Assembly (NCBI RefSeq): GCF_963921235.1
Contig: NC_086097.1
Span: 82,772,001 to 82,836,000, forward strand
DNA: 64,000 nucleotides
From: Mobula hypostoma
Lineage: Eukaryota
Direction: 5' to 3'
Shown here: piece by piece, positions 38,651-53,185 of the stretch
How positions within the stretch are numbered: position 1 is the stretch's first letter
Layout: each line of letters begins with the position of its first letter
Position numbers and translations under genes: made by a program
Notes under the pieces: generated by a model
Databases searched by the model: none
What the model saw: the letters and a program-made list of their open reading frames with translations, nothing else
Told to the model about the DNA's origin: nothing

Positions 38651-39264
38651 AATACTGGAGCTGCCCTAAAAACAGTCCATACTAACCCTTACATGCCATG
38701 TAACTGCCAGTATCAAAAGTGAGGTTTTTGTAGAGCAGCAGTTTGCTGAAGCCTGTTTTTCCAGCACAATGTGGATATGTTTGTACATCTTGCAGTCAAT
38801 CAAATTGCAGCAGGAGGCAGGTATCATGGCAGCACTGAGGCATCTTGAAAAGATTGCTTCTTTCCCTCTGAGTTACCTTTTTCCCAGACAAGGTCATAAC
38901 AGGCTAACTTGCAAATGCATTTTCTTGAAGATAGAAATTCACTTCACTACTTTTTATCTCAATTGAAGCCAACCCTTATGCTATTATGATCAAATACCTG
39001 TCTGTGAGCTCATAGTGTGTGAAGAATCAGAATCTGGTTTAATATCGTTAGCATATGTCATGAAATTTGTTTAGTGACAGCAGTCCGTTGCAACAAATAA
39101 TAAAAATCATAAATTACAAGAAGTATGTATAAGAAGTAGTGCAAAAAGAGAGGAAAATTACTGAGGTAGTGTTCATGGGTTCATTGTTGATTCAGAAATC
39201 CGATGATGGAGGGGGAGGAAACATTGAGATGTGTATGCTTACCCAGATGTTGTACTTTTCTTAG

Positions 39265-39452
39265 GTGCTGGATAGTGCAATTGAAACCCAGAAAATGATC
39301 GAGAAATATGAAGAGTTGGCATCTGACCTGCTAACGTGGATCGAGCAAACCATCATTGTCCTGAACAGTCGGAAGTTTGCCAACTCATTGACTGGGGTGC
39401 AGCAGCAGCTGCAGGCCTTCAACACTTACCGCACAGTGGAAAAACCTGCAAA
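39265..39452 (+). CDS. SPTB: Spectrin beta exon, repeat 1 ([15 protein letters not shown]...VEKPAK), 188 nt
   Basis: Acceptor ttcttag and donor AA|gtcagt. Confidence 0.95.
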
Positions 39453-39763
39453 GTCAGTTGTAGAATCGGGATGTTAAATGTTTTCGCTTACAGCTAGTAT
39501 TTTTATGCACTTTCTCATATCTCACTGAAGGGGGTCATTATAGACCTATGATCACGCTGTGGAGTTATTGAATATGCATTGTCTGAGAACGGCACTTCTG
39601 CATTAGATAATAACAGACTGACTGATTCATAGGTCATAGATTCACCAAGTTAATTCCTGGTATGACACAGCTGACCTAACAAGAGGGGTTTAACAGATTG
39701 GAATTATATTCTTTGGAATTTAGAGATTAAGGGGTGTCCTTATCGAGGTATATAAAATCCCAA

Positions 39764-40044
39764 GGGTAGCACGGTAACGTAGTGGTTAGCACAACACTTT
39801 ACGGTACTGGAGATCCAGGTTCAATACCCGTCACTGCCTGTAAGGAGTTTGCACGCTCTCCCTGTGACCACGTGGGTTTCCTCTGGGTGCTTCGGTTTAC
39901 TCCCACAGTCCAAAGAACTACTGGCTAGTAGGCGAATTGGTCATTGTAAATTGTCCTATGATTAGGCTAGGATTAAATCGGGGATAGCTGGATGGTGCAG
40001 CTCGAAGGGCCAGAAAGGCCTATTCTGAACTGTGTCTCAACAAA

Positions 40045-40075
<31 letters not shown>

Positions 40076-40077
40076 AT
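39764..40077 (+). mobile_element. Full-length V-SINE/HE1-like SINE inserted in an old CR1 3' fragment (~39600-40350)
   Basis: A box GTAGTGGTTAG, B box GGTTCAATACC, V-domain GGGTTTCCTCTGGGTGCTTCGGTTTACTCCCACAGTCCAAAGA, CR1-like 3' end and (TAAA)n tail. Confidence 0.88.
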
Positions 40078-40389
40078 ATAGTAACTGCGTAGGTGTGAAA
40101 ATGCTTTCACCAGTAGGAGACTATCAAGTGAGAGGATGTAGTTACCAGATAAGCGTCCGGCCATTTAAAACAGAATTTTATTTTTGTACAGGGTAGTGAA
40201 TCTCTGGATTTCACTGCCCCAGGAGGCTGTGGAATTCAGACTTCTGGAAGTATTTATAGTGGAACTGGGTATAGTGAAGAGAAGAGGAATTGAGGTCAGC
40301 ATAGATCAGCCATGATCATTAAATGGTTGAGCAAGCTTGAGAGGGCCAGATGTTTCAAATTCAGACTGTGGTCAGGGACAAGAGCTTTT

Positions 40390-41545
40390 GACTCTGAGTG
40401 AAGCAGGTAGGTGTATCCTGAGAGGAAGAGCTGGAGGACCCTTAGTCCTGGAACTTGTCCAACAGGTTGAGATTCTTATTCCCTGTGCAGATAGGAGTGG
40501 GAGCTGTAGTAAGGATAAGCAACTGAACTGTGATTCAGGGAGAAAAGAAAAATATAGTTGTAATTGGGGTTAGTATCGGCAGGGGAATAACACCATTCTC
40601 TGTTGCAAGGATAGAGGGTCCCAAATCTTTACCCAGGGTTGAGACAGCTCATTTGACTTGCAGAGGAGTTTGGAGTTGGAGAGGAGAAATCTAGTTATTG
40701 TAATCCATGTGGCTGCCAGCAACATAGGAAGAACAAGGAAAGAGGGTTCTGCTGTGGGAATTTGTGCAGCTAGGAACTAAATTAAAATGCAGAATCTAAA
40801 AGCTAATAATTCCTGGATTGTTACCCGAGGCATGTAAAAATTGACACAGGGTTAATTAGATCAGAGATTGGTGTGGGAGAAGTGTCTTTGAATTTGTGGG
40901 ATATTGGCACCAGGATTGGGGAAGGAAGGAGCTATTTTAATGGGACAGGCTACAATATGATGTTTTGGGCATCACAAAGTCATAGTGAAAGAAGAACACA
41001 GCTGGGTACTGAACACCCAAGGATACATATCTTATAGAAGAGATGGAGGTGGCCAGAGTGGGGGGGGGGGGGGGTTGTCTCTGCTGGTAGAAAATAAAAT
41101 CAAATCCTTTACAAGAAGAGACATAAGATCAGAAGATCTAGAACTCCTGACGTTAAAGTTAAGAAAATGCAAAAGTAAAAAGACTCTGATGGGAATTATA
41201 GACAGGCCTCTAAATAGTAGCCAGGATGTGGGGTACAAATTACACTGGGAGATAGAAAGGGCAAGTAAAAAGGGTAATGTTACATTAGTCATGGGAGATT
41301 TCAGTATGCAGGTAAGTTGGATATGTCAGGTTAGTACCAGATACCAATACAAGGAATTTGTAGAATGGCTGTGAGATGGTTTTTTTACGGCAGTTTGTGG
41401 TTGAGCCCATTAGAGAAAATGCAATTCTGGATTTTGGTGTTGTGTAATGAACCAGATTTGATTAGGTAGTTTAAGGCAAAGGAACCGTTAGGAGACAGTG
41501 ATTATAACATGATAGAATTCACCCTGCAATTTGAGAGGAAGAAGC
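40390..41545 (+). mobile_element. Degenerate CR1 ORF1-end/APE endonuclease fragment
   Basis: GYISYRRD..GGG.SLLV, MGIIDRP, VMGDF; homologous to 60557-61150. Confidence 0.7.
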
Positions 41546-42229
41546 ACAGAAAAAGGTTTGATTGTGACCTCCAGTGCTATCTCAGTGGAGTCTGAACATT
41601 CCACTTGTGACTGCTTACATTTCCCCAGATGCACCAGTTTCCACTCATAACCCAAATGGTGTGCCAATTTGCAAGTAAATTGGACACTGTAAGATGCCCT
41701 GAGTGTAGGTGGATGATATGAGAATCAGGCTATCAATAGGCCTAGTGATACTGGGTTGCAGGAAGATTAGTAGGGAAATGGGATGTTGGGGTTGTTCTCA
41801 GAGCCATTCTTGACTCAGTCGGACAAATGACCTCTCTCAGCATCAGTTCACATTTCAAGAACAAATAGTTAAAAACAAAACTTAAATCACATCATTGCTA
41901 ATTTCTGATTCTGTTTGATTAAACCGTTGTTGATGCTGGCTTGTATTTTTAATATTAGTTAAAGTATCTGTCAGTAGAATCTTGAATATCACTTACAATG
42001 ACCTAAAAATAGATTTTAATAATAACAAAGCTAAGCTGGTGAAGCTGCACAGCATTGCTTTGGCATCTGCGGCATCTCTTTCTATGCTTTGTGACTTTCT
42101 TCTACGCAACACTGACAATGCTTAATTTCCAGTGCACAGCACTCTTTTCACAGTTGTATTGCCGATGCCAACTTTCCGAAGCTCCGTTTAATTTGCAAAA
42201 CAGCTACTGAAGTTGCGATCTCTCGACAG

Positions 42230-42347
42230 ATTCCAGGAGAAGGGTAACCTTGAAGTACTGCTGTTCTCCATCCAGAGCAGGATGAGGGCAAACAACCAGA
42301 AAGTGTACACACCACATGAGGGCAAACTTATCTCGGACATTAATAGA
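42230..42347 (+). CDS. SPTB: Spectrin beta exon ([39 protein letters not shown]), 118 nt
   Basis: Acceptor tctcgacag and donor gtaaga; translated by hand. Confidence 0.95.
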
Positions 42348-42619
42348 GTAAGAAGTTAATTCTCTCTGTTTAATAAATTCAATAAGCTTTAACCCTGTTT
42401 AACTGTTGGATAAATATGTCTTCTGTTGTTGTTCTGGATGAAGTTTTTTTTACTTGCAGAGGGTTTATGACACAGCAATCAGTGGCCTTTTTGTAGTTGA
42501 TTTAAGTAACTTGTGCGAGAGCCTTTACTACTCCTCTCCATGTGCAATTCATAGATTAATGAACCATTCAGCAGTGTTTCACGTAAAACTTCAGTTTTGC
42601 ATGCTATGTCATCTTTTCC

Positions 42620-42932
42620 ACTGAGGTTGGGTGGGACTGCAACTAGAGGTCATGGGTTGAAGGTGCAAGGTGAAAGGTTTAAGGAAACACGAGGGCAAAC
42701 TTCTTTACTCAGTGGGTCGTGACAGTGTGGAATGAGTTGTCAGCACAAGTGGTGCATACAAGCTCAATTTCAATGTTTAAGAGAACTTTGGATAGGTACA
42801 TGGATGGTAGGGGTATGCAGGTCTATAGTCCTGGTGCAGGTCAATGGGTGTGGGCAGTTTAAGTAGTTCACTATGGACTAGATGGACTGAAGGGCCTGTT
42901 CCTCTGTGCTATACTCCTCTATGACTCCATGA
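42620..42932 (+). mobile_element. CR1 3' end
   Basis: ACTAGAGGTCATGGG..TTCTTTACTCAG..GTGTGGAATGAG..GAAGGGCCTGTT..(CTATGACT) tail. Confidence 0.75.
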
Positions 42933-43537
42933 TGCTATTTATAAGATTAACCAGTCATCATGAGGACATTTCATGAACAACTTTGGAATGTCGTTAATTA
43001 GGCACATCATTGGTAATACAGAGAAACAGGAACTTAGGTAATGTTTTGATTACCACCTGTAAGTCCTGAAGTAATTGAACAGCACAGGAGATTTTGGTTT
43101 ACTTTTATGTTTGAAAAAACAAGTAAATTGAACATGAAATTACACACAGTCGCAATAACTATAACAAGAAAAATTTTGGATTATCCTGAATACTTACGTA
43201 TTTTTACAGTTTATTTATGAAGTCAGAAGCTAGAATCCTCCTGTGTTGCTCTACAGCAGCTCGTAAAAGCTTTGGAGTTTGGAATTTTCCTCAATGATCA
43301 TAATGAACTGTATGGAAGACCGGCAGTTGCCCATGCTGCAAGTCTCCCCTCTCCACACCACCGGTGTTGTCCAAGGGAAGGGCGTTAGGACCCATACAGC
43401 TTGGCCCCAGTGTCGTCACAGGAGCTGCCAGAACAAGGCTGAAGACAACATCTGACTGCCTTAGAGCCATATAGAGAAAGTAAATACTTTTCAATAAAAT
43501 TAATTTCAATGTCTCATTAACTGTGATTTTTGAATAG

Positions 43538-43696
43538 GGCTGGGAAAGACTGGAGAAGGCAGAGCATGAACGTGAGCTGGTCCTCAGGAATGAACTGATC
43601 AGGCAGGAGAAACTGGAGCAGCTTGCCCGCCGTTTTGATCGCAAGGCCTTTATGAGGGAGACCTGGCTGTATGAGAATCAACGACTGGTGTCGCAG
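43538..43696 (+). CDS. SPTB: Spectrin beta exon ([13 protein letters not shown]...NQRLVSQ), 159 nt
   Basis: Acceptor gaatag and donor gtaaag; translated by hand. Confidence 0.95.
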
Positions 43697-44459
43697 GTAA
43701 AGCAGAAATCCATTATGTTACAGAAATGTGCATGCGTAAGCAGGAGTCAGTAACTAGTGAGTGCAGCCTTATCAATAATGTTCAAAGATGCCTCTTCAGC
43801 TCATTTCAAGCTTATTGTTATCCGCACAAGTATGTGTATGCAGAGGTGCAATGAAAATCTTACTTGTTGTGGCATCACAAGCACATAACATTAGAGACAT
43901 AACATTCATGAGAAAAACATACATTAAATATAAATTATACAAAATTATATTTTCAAATTGTATAAGACAGGGAAATTAATTTTTTTATAATGACCTCTCC
44001 CTCTGTCTAATTATGGTATGAAATCTATTCTTATGATTGTGCTCTCTTTTAACCTTACTGTACTTTGCAATTCGCGTCCTGGTCTGATAATGGAACAAAT
44101 CGTGAATTCCCTACAACATTGAAATATTAACATATACAAAACCTGATTTGAAATATGAAAATAAAAACAAAGGTGTGATGCTGGAAATTTAAACTGAAAG
44201 CAGAAAATTGTAAAAGTAACAAACAGGTTAGGCAGTAACTGTAGAAAGAGAAATAGAGTTTAACTTTTAGGTCAAAGTTCCTGTGTGGTTCCAAACCAAG
44301 AATTATAATTATAAAAAATACACACAGAACTTGCACGTGTTACTTACTTCTAAAATTGTAAATTAGTGCATCTCCTCAGGCAAAATATTTATTGAGCAAA
44401 CAGCCATCTCACATATCTCTACCCGTGCTGTAAATACCAGGAATCTAGTTCTAGTAATT

Positions 44460-47137
44460 CCAGTCTCCCCTTCCCCCACCACCAATTTACAGTTCTGTGT
44501 CTCTCAGGTCCCACCATCAGCTCTTGGTTCCTCCCACCCCACCTTCCTTGAAAACCCCAACCATCCCCTCTCCTCAGTTACTACTAACCCCCTTCCCCCC
44601 TCTGATCCCAACTCTCATCTGTGCTGGATCTTCACAATTGCCTCTGACCTTCCCCTCTGTAAGGCAAAACATTCTGTCCCCAGTAAGGGCCTCACCTTTG
44701 TCCCCCTGCACCCACACCGCAGCGCGTTCTGCGCCCGCCATGACGCTGAGCTCTTCTTCTGTCGCCTCTGCCTCCGTGCCTACTTCTTTGGCAAGGACCC
44801 TCCACCCCACACCAATGATCCCTTCTCCCATCTTCAGCCGTCCTCCTCTTCCTGGATACCACACCCTGGTCTTCTGCCTGCTCTGGATCTTTTCATTGGT
44901 AACTTCCAATGAGACATCAACCGTCTCATCTTTACATCTCCTCTCTCCAAATCAAACCTCACTCCCTCTGAGTGCACTGCTCTCCACTCTCTCTGCACTA
45001 ATCCTAACCTCACCATCAAACTCGCAGATAAGGAGGGTTCTGTAGTAGTCCGGTGGACTGACCTCTACCTTGCTGAGGCCAGGTGACAACTCTCAGACAC
45101 CTCCTCTTACTGACCCCTCGAACAGGACCCCACTAAGGAACACCAGGTTATTGACTCCCACACCATCACTGACCTTATTAACTCTGGGGATCTCCCATCC
45201 ACTGCCACCCACTTCACAGTTCCCGCACCCCACACCTCCCATTTCTATTCCCTACTCAAGATTCACAGAACCACTTGTCCAGGTAAACCCATTGTGTCTG
45301 CTTGTTCCTGCCGCACTGAATGTATATCTGCATTTCTTGACTCTGTTTTATCCCTGCTGGTTCAGTCCCCTCCTACCAACATCTGTGACACTTCACATGT
45401 TCTAGATCTTTTCAATTACTTTGAATTCCCTGGTCCTGATCATCTTATTTTCACCATAGACATCCAGTCCCTATGTACCTCCATCCCCTACCAGAAAGGC
45501 CTTAAAGCTCTCCGTTTCTTTCTAGACAACAGACCCCACCTGTTTCCCTCCACCACCACTCTCCTCCATCTGGTGGAACTTGTCCTCACTCTCAATAATT
45601 TCTCCTTAGGCTCCTCCCACTTCCTTCAAACAAAAGGTGTAGCCGTAGGTACTCGAATGACTATGCCTCATATGGGCACTCGCACCATGTCTGCCATTTC
45701 GTGGGCAACGTGGAACTGTCTATGTACCAAGCCCACAATGGTATTACTCCCCAACTTCTCCTATGCTCCAACAATAACTGCATTGGTCCTGCTTCCTGCA
45801 CCCACACTGAGCTCATCAACTTCATCAACTTTACCTCCAACTTCCACCCTGCTCTCAAATTTACCTGGTCCATTTCCAACACCTCCCTCCCCTTTCTCAT
45901 TCTGTCTGTCTCTATCTCTGGAGACAGTTTATCTACTGATACCCTTTATAAACCCACTGATTCTCACAGCTGTCTGGACTATACCTCTTTCCCATCCTGT
46001 CACTTGTGAAAACGTCAGCCCCGTCTCTCAGTTCCTCCCCCCCCCTCCATATTTGCTCCCAGGATGAGGTTTTTCATTCCAGAACTAATGAGATGTCCTC
46101 ATCCTTCAAAGAAATGGGCTTTCCTTCCTCCGCCACAACGCTGCCTTCTTGTCCTCATTTACCACCCATTAGCCTCTGCGTCCAGCTCATAATTCTCCAT
46201 AACTTCTGCCATCTCCAATGGGATCCCACCACCAAGCACATCTTTCCCTTCCCCCACCCCCACCCCACTTTCTGCTTTCCATAGTGATCGCTCCCTACAC
46301 GACTCCCTTGTCCATTCATCCCTCCTCACTGATCTCTCTCCTGGTACTTATCCTTACAAGCGGAACTAGTGCTACACCTGCCCCTACACCACCTCCCTCA
46401 CTTTCATTCAGGACCCCAAATAGCCCTTCCAGGTGAAGCGACACTTCACCTGTGGGTCTGTTGGTGTCATCTACTGTATCCGGTGCTCCCAGTGTGACCT
46501 CTTGTATATTGGCGAGAGCCAACACTGATTGGGAAACCACTTTTCTCTGTCCGACAGGAAAAGTGGGGTCTCCGAGTGGCCACCCATTTCAATTCTGCTT
46601 CCCATTCCCATTCTGACATGTCAGTCCATGCCCTCCACTACTGCCGCGATGTGGCCACACTCAGGTCACAGGAGCGATACCTTATAAACTGCCCATGTAG
46701 CCTCCAACCTGATGACATGAACATTGACTTCTCAAAATCCGGTGATTGCCGCCCCCCCCCCCCACACCCCTCAACATTCTCCATTCCCGCTTCCCCCCTC
46801 TCATCTTACCTGCATCAACCCCCTTCTGGGGGGCCCTCCCCCTTCCCTTTCTTCCATGGTCTTCTACCCTCTCCTATCAGATTCCCCCTTCTCCAGCCCT
46901 TTATCTCTTTCACCCATCAACCTCCCAGATCTTTACTTCACCCCTCCCCCTCTCCCGCTTTCACCCATCACCTGCCACCTTGTACTACTTCCTCCCCTCC
47001 CCCCACCTTCTTGCTCTAACTTCTCATCTTTTGTTTCCCAGTCCTGATGGAGGGTCTCGGACCAAAATGTCAATTGTTCAGTCTTTTCCTTAGATGCTGC
47101 CTGGGCTGCTGAGTTTCTCCAGCATTTTCTGTGTGTA
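44460..47137 (+). mobile_element. Penelope-like element, long degenerate copy (RT + GIY-YIG + 3' hammerhead remnant)
   Basis: Frameshifted ADKGG, FTIDIQSLCTSIP, LTLNNF, FHPALKFTW, GVIYCIRC..LYIGE, VATHFNS. Degenerate GTCCTGATGG..CAAAATGTC at 47041. Possible TSD CTAGTTCTA (44445 / 47139). Confidence 0.87.
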
Positions 47138-49653
47138 GCTAGTTCTATTTTCAAATGCACTTTTGGCAAAAGTACCTCTAAATAAATTATGTTGTCTTAA
47201 AGAGTGCTTTGTGGCATTAGTCAAAACCTCCCTTCATCAAATAGCTCACTCTGAGGGAGATAATAGTTAAGCCAAGAAGATTTTGTCATCTGTAGTTAAT
47301 ATTTTTCTAATATTGACAAGTATTTCCTTCAGACTTTAAGAAGTAAAAGTAGTGGAATAATGCATTCTTCCCAAAACGAAGACATTTAGCGAAAGCTGTA
47401 CTGTGCATGATGTGCTTCAAACAAAATTAATACACTTGGCTGAAAAATTATAGACATCCTTAACTTGTTATATATGTTCTGGAAAAATGTTTTGCTTTGG
47501 CTGTGGAGCAGTCATTCATACAAAACTGTTAAGTGCAGATGAGTGCAAAATTTTCACAAAGGACCTTAGAGTCAGATATTTGAAGGAAATGTATTATCAA
47601 TGTTCTTCCATTTTGTTTTCTAACCATTTTCCAACACTGACCAGTCTTGCCTCTTCTAACCAAATGTCTGTGACTGTTCTGATGAGAAATAGGAAGGTGA
47701 ACATGTGGAACAGAACCTAGGTGCAGATCAGCTGAAACCAGCTGCTACTTCTGTCTTGCTGTTGCTGAACAATGTGAATTGATCATCATAAATTGTATTG
47801 AAGCCACTCAGATTGTGGAGGTTGTCAACATGATTAAACCTTAATATATTTGTTGCATTAGCTTCGATTTACATTAATAGCGAATACCTTTAATATTGGT
47901 CTGGTTTGGTTTCAATTGAATTCTGTATTATTGTCTTGTCTTTAACTCTTTGTCCTTACCCAGAGATTTTTTCACAACAAATATTATTTTGTGTAGCAGC
48001 AATTCAGGATGGTGAAGGCAAAGTATTAATAAAGTTCTTTGTCAGTTTTAAATGAAGCTGTATTTTGCTTTACACTAGTAGATAGTTGATTGGAATTTAC
48101 TAATTTGACTGGCCCCATAGGTTGCATTCCTAACATGAGTCATATAATTTAGTATAATTGACTAGATCTTGCTGGACCATGGCATAATGTGATGCATGTC
48201 ACTAATTACACATGTCCTGCAACTTACAGTTGAATGCAGACTTACACAGAATGTATGAGTTGGTAAGGCTGTAGTAAGACAAAAGGTAATCTTGGATCCC
48301 AATAAAAGTTCAGCTGGATACGTGCAGTAGTGGGGTGAAGAGCATGTGCTTGGCTCACCCCCAATAACCATTAAGCATATTAAAAATGTACAAGTATGCA
48401 AATGTGCACATTACATTGTGTATTTTAATATGCCCCACAAAAAATGTTAAATTTATATTCTCATACATGCCAATGACAAAATCATTAATTTTTCATTAAG
48501 CTATTTTGATTCCCTTTGCTCCATCCTGATCCCATATTCTTTTCCTTCTTATTTCTCTATATATCTCCTTAACAGTGAAATTTAAAAATTGAATAGGAAG
48601 CAGAGGAATACAGGGTACTGGAGCTGGGTGACTGAATTAGAGTGAAATCAGCTACAGGAGGGAGAATACAGGAATGAAATTGAACAACTTAAATTGTTTC
48701 CTTTTTGGCAAGCATAGTCTTGACTTGCATTAACAGAGGTCAGATTGTCTAAAAAGTGTTGTTGAATATTAGCTTAACTTTCTGAGATGAAGCTAATGAA
48801 TGGTCAAGTTATATGGAAATTCAGTACATTACCTAAGTTGAGTTCTGTGAATTTGCTAGCTACTTTTCATTTTAATATTCTAGCATCTGCTGTTAAATAT
48901 GTTACTTTTCCAGCAATATCTGGCCCTTTGTGCTTTTAAAATGCCTTTTAAACACTTACGGCATTACAGAAACTTGTCAGATTCCAAATAGTAATGAAAA
49001 CATTCTAATACAACTATCTACTAGAGGTTATATTGTCTGGATGTAAGCTCAATTCTGGGCCGGGATCTGGAGCTGATCATGGCATTTGGGTGTTGAATGA
49101 TGCACAGATCAGCTGTCCTTCCTGTTGTCACTGCAGAATCCGTTCATTCAGACCCTATAACCTGGATAAAGGTGCTTTGTATTTATTTTAGTTTCATTAC
49201 ATTGGCTGAGGTACTAAATGCATATATTCAATTATTCAGGTCTGGAAAGTATGTATTTTGGTTTAGAAAAACTTTGCTTTTAAAATATTCTTATCTTGTA
49301 GTCAGTGTTGTGTTTCATAGCTGTGCTGAGTTCTTTCTTTACCCAATTATTTCTAATGGCTGTTTCAGTCTGCTGATGTTTCTGGCTTCTAATGCCTTGC
49401 TCTTGCATGTTATTAAAAAATTAGAACCAAAAGTAATGGACGAGTGTTTAAGATTCTTATCATTGTACTATAGCACCAAGCATGGTTCCAATATATTGCC
49501 TTCCAAGCATCTTTCTCCTTGCTTGAAAAGTTCCCATAGTCCATGTACATGCCTGCTTTCTCTAGTAGGATACTGTCATTGGAATGTGACTTGTCCCCGA
49601 GTTCTTGCAGTCACTTATGTATTTATTGTTCGCTTTGTACAATTTATCCACAG

Positions 49654-49956
49654 GATAATTTTGGCTATGATCTTCCAGCTGTGGAAGCAGCAATGAAGAA
49701 GCATGAAGCAATTGAGACAGATATCGCTGCCTATGAAGAACGTGTGCAAACCCTTGTGGATGTGTCTCAGGAGCTGGAGGCTGAGAATTATCACGACATT
49801 ACACGTATTAATGCCAGAAAAGAAAACATCATGCGCCTATGGGAGTATCTTTTGGAGCTGCTTAATGCTCGGCGAGCGAGGCTGGAAATGAATTTAGCCC
49901 TTCAGAAGATTTTCCAGGAGATGCTTCACATTATTGACTGGATGGATGAAATGAAA
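49654..49956 (+). CDS. SPTB: Spectrin beta exon ([13 protein letters not shown]...WMDEMK), 303 nt
   Basis: Acceptor ccacag and donor gtatgt. Confidence 0.96.
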
Positions 49957-50053
49957 GTATGTAAAGATAGCAGACTTTTATGTTTCTGTAACATCTGATT
50001 TTGTTATTTTTAAAGTGAAATGAAGACGAAATATAGAGGTAGGAGAGATTTAT

Positions 50054-50548
50054 GAATTGAATTGAATTGACGTTATTACTTACATCCTTCATATACATGA
50101 GGAGTAAAAATCTTTATATTACATCTCCATTCAAATATGCAATGTGCAATTATAGTAATTTATAATAAATATTACGTACAACAGGATAGTCAATATAGCA
50201 TAGAAATACAGTAGCGTCAGCATGAATTAAGCAGTCTGATGGCCAGGTGGAAGAAGCTGTCCCAGAGCCTGTTGGTCCTGGCTTTTATGCTGCGGTACCA
50301 CTTCCCAGATGGTAGCAGCTGGAACAGTTTGTGGTTGAGGTGACTCGGGTCTCCAATGATCCCTTGGGCCCTTTTTGCACACCTGTCTTTGTAAATGTCC
50401 TGAATAGTGGGAAGTTCACATCTACAGATGCGCTGGGCTGTCCGCACCACTCTTAAAGTCCTGCGAGTGAAGGAAGTACAGTTCCCATACCAGGCAGTGA
50501 TGCAGCCAGTCAGGATGCTCTCAATCGTGCCCCTATAGAAAGCTCTTA
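50054..50548 (-). mobile_element. Rex1/Babar LINE 3' end (second subfamily)
   Basis: LFQLLPSGKWYRSIKARTNRL; (CAATT)n tail at 50054-50070. Confidence 0.8.
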
Positions 50549-53185
50549 GTACACAGTTAGGAAAATTTTATGGACAGCAGCATGAATAGGAAATGTAGAG
50601 GAATGGAGGGATGTGGGCCAGACATGGGAATATGGGACTAATTAAGATAGGCATCTTAGTCTTCTTGGATGAGTTGGACCAAAGGGCCTATGTTCTTGCT
50701 CTATTCATTGTGATTCTATTTCAAAATAGTAAAACAGCAATAGCACTAGAGAAGAAGTTTTTCTGAAAGCGTTGCTTCCGCAGAAATTTTTTTTTTTGGT
50801 TATGATAGATTGCTTGAAGCTGAACACAAATATAATTTCAGACGTCTTGTATCTTGTTTGGAGAAACAAGAAATTAACTCTTATAGAATGTAATGCATTT
50901 AATTGGATAATGGTGCTGACGCTTTGCAATAGTGCAACTAAGCTAAAATGTTTTGTTGATGGTTTTCATTTGAACTCAGTGTCTGAGGCTTCTTGCTTAA
51001 ATGTCCAATGATAATCAGCCAGCATTGATGGATTCCAATTGCCCTGTTACAGTTTCTCCATGACCACAATGTCCTAATGAAACCTTTCACTGTGTTCATC
51101 ACTGACAGTGGCAAGATTTGCAGGGAAGGAATCTAAATGGGAATGCCGAAATGAATCTTTAGTGACATATTGCTCTTCATAGTTTCGTATGCTTGAAGCA
51201 TGCTGTCAACCAACTGCATGTAGTTTGGTGCTCTGTAGTTGCCAAGGAAATTTTCAACATCCTTCAATGCCTTCCATTTGACTTTCTCTGATTCCCACTA
51301 GAAGTTCTTCATATCGCCAGTCATTGATGATCTGTTTGATTTATGGACCAACAAAAATACCTTCCTTAATCTTGACACCAGTTATTCTGGGAAACACCTG
51401 TCTCAAATATTAAGATCCTTCATGGAAATTCATAGCCTTTCTAAAACCTGTCCTGCTATGCAGCATCTGTCCTGCCTAAGCCTGTCCAGGCAGGTCTGGA
51501 CAAGATGGACAACTTTTCAGCTTACATTGCGGGCAACATTTTACTTGACTTGAATTATGAATTAAAATAACCAATATAGGCAATTTTAAAATAATGGTGA
51601 GCGATAAGGAAATTTCATGATTTTCATGATCAGCAGCCCAAAATCCACAAGTATTCAGGAAGCAAAATCTTTGTTGTCCAGTGTAATCCAGGATGTGACG
51701 CAGGGAATCCAGACTGTTAGTGGGTATGTGGCCAGAGCCAGGGAGATTGAATGCAGTGAGTCTGGGGTCCAGACTGTAGGCTTGGTTTGTGACTGGAACT
51801 GTGGCTGGAGTCTGAAATGTTGAATAGGTTTGCAACTGTGAATTGGTGCCCAGGGTGTCTGTATATATACCATTCCCTTTGAACTTTTTACATGTTGCCA
51901 AAGTCCTGTGGGTGGAGATTATCAGAGTTTTACCAACAACATTTATCAAAAATAAACTTCCATTGCACCTGTTTGTTTTTTTTAATATTATTTACATTAC
52001 AATTGTTTTTATACTGTAAAGAACTACATGCAGTAGATTCAGTGGCTGAGAAAGTTTTACAAGTAACACTGTTCAGTGCTGTGTGTAGATTATTTCCCAT
52101 TACTCAGCACCCTCAGAGTGTCTATGTTATAATAATGCTGCTCCCTGGCAAGGCCAAGCACCCCATGAACCCATCATCCAGTGGGTTTTGAATTTGGCAA
52201 TCCTGTAGTTTTTTGTGAAAATGAGTTTATTCTGAGCAGCTTGATTCTTCTTTATTGATGGTCTCTGCTTTTCGTCCAACTAAAAATTGTGTAATTAGGA
52301 ATATCAAGCTACTATTCATGTCCCTGAGGTATATAACACCATCATCCATAAGCATATGCAGCCTCCTTTCAATTACTATCTTCCAAGGGGTGTTTGCTTT
52401 GCCTTCCAAATTCTCTCTTTTTTTTGCTTTAGTTTTTTCACATTTGCTTTTCTTCCTTCCGAATGCTTGCTCAGCTTCTTGTTACCCTCCAATCCAGTTT
52501 ATTCAAACCTCCATACAGCACTAACAATCCTGCTCGTCAGGATCGTAATCCTGATTCTTTGAGGTGGAACTTGTCTGGTTGTGTCAGATCCTATTTTCTC
52601 TGAACCACTCTCAACAGGTCCAAGACTTTAATGTTCATCTTCAAGCTCCATCCCTCTTGCCATCAACAGTACTGTCCACCTTTTATGGTCACCGGCACAT
52701 AACTCGGGAAATTATCCACAGATTATTACTTTTGAGCTTTTGGTTCTTAATTCTTAATCACTTTCTTAACTCTGTAAAATCTACTCAAGGACCTCATCCC
52801 TTTTTCTACCTATGCCATAAGTGTCAATGTATCAGTCTGGTTCTTCACCCTCCTGCCTTGAAATGTTCTCCTGCAGCCTGTTGGTTTTCTTGATCCTGGT
52901 ACTAGGGAGATAACATACTATCCTCTGATCACAGAAATGTTTAATGCTCCCAAGGTTATATATAGTCTCAGATAACTGCATATCACCTGCTTTCCCCTCT
53001 GCCCCTCTCCCACCAACCCGTACACTTGAACTAACAGGGGTGCTGTAGTGTTTGCTCTAGCTGCATGCCCACAAAACTGGTTAAGAGCAAAATACCCTCT
53101 GGTCTCCAAAGCTACCGTTAAGTATAAAGTATAAAGCACCTGCCTGGTCTTTTTTTTCCACACAGTAGATATCCATTCCTTTTTT

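Noticed and set aside
49097..49696. 199-aa ORF overlapping a spectrin exon
   Set aside because: T-rich intronic read-through in another frame with no homology cues.
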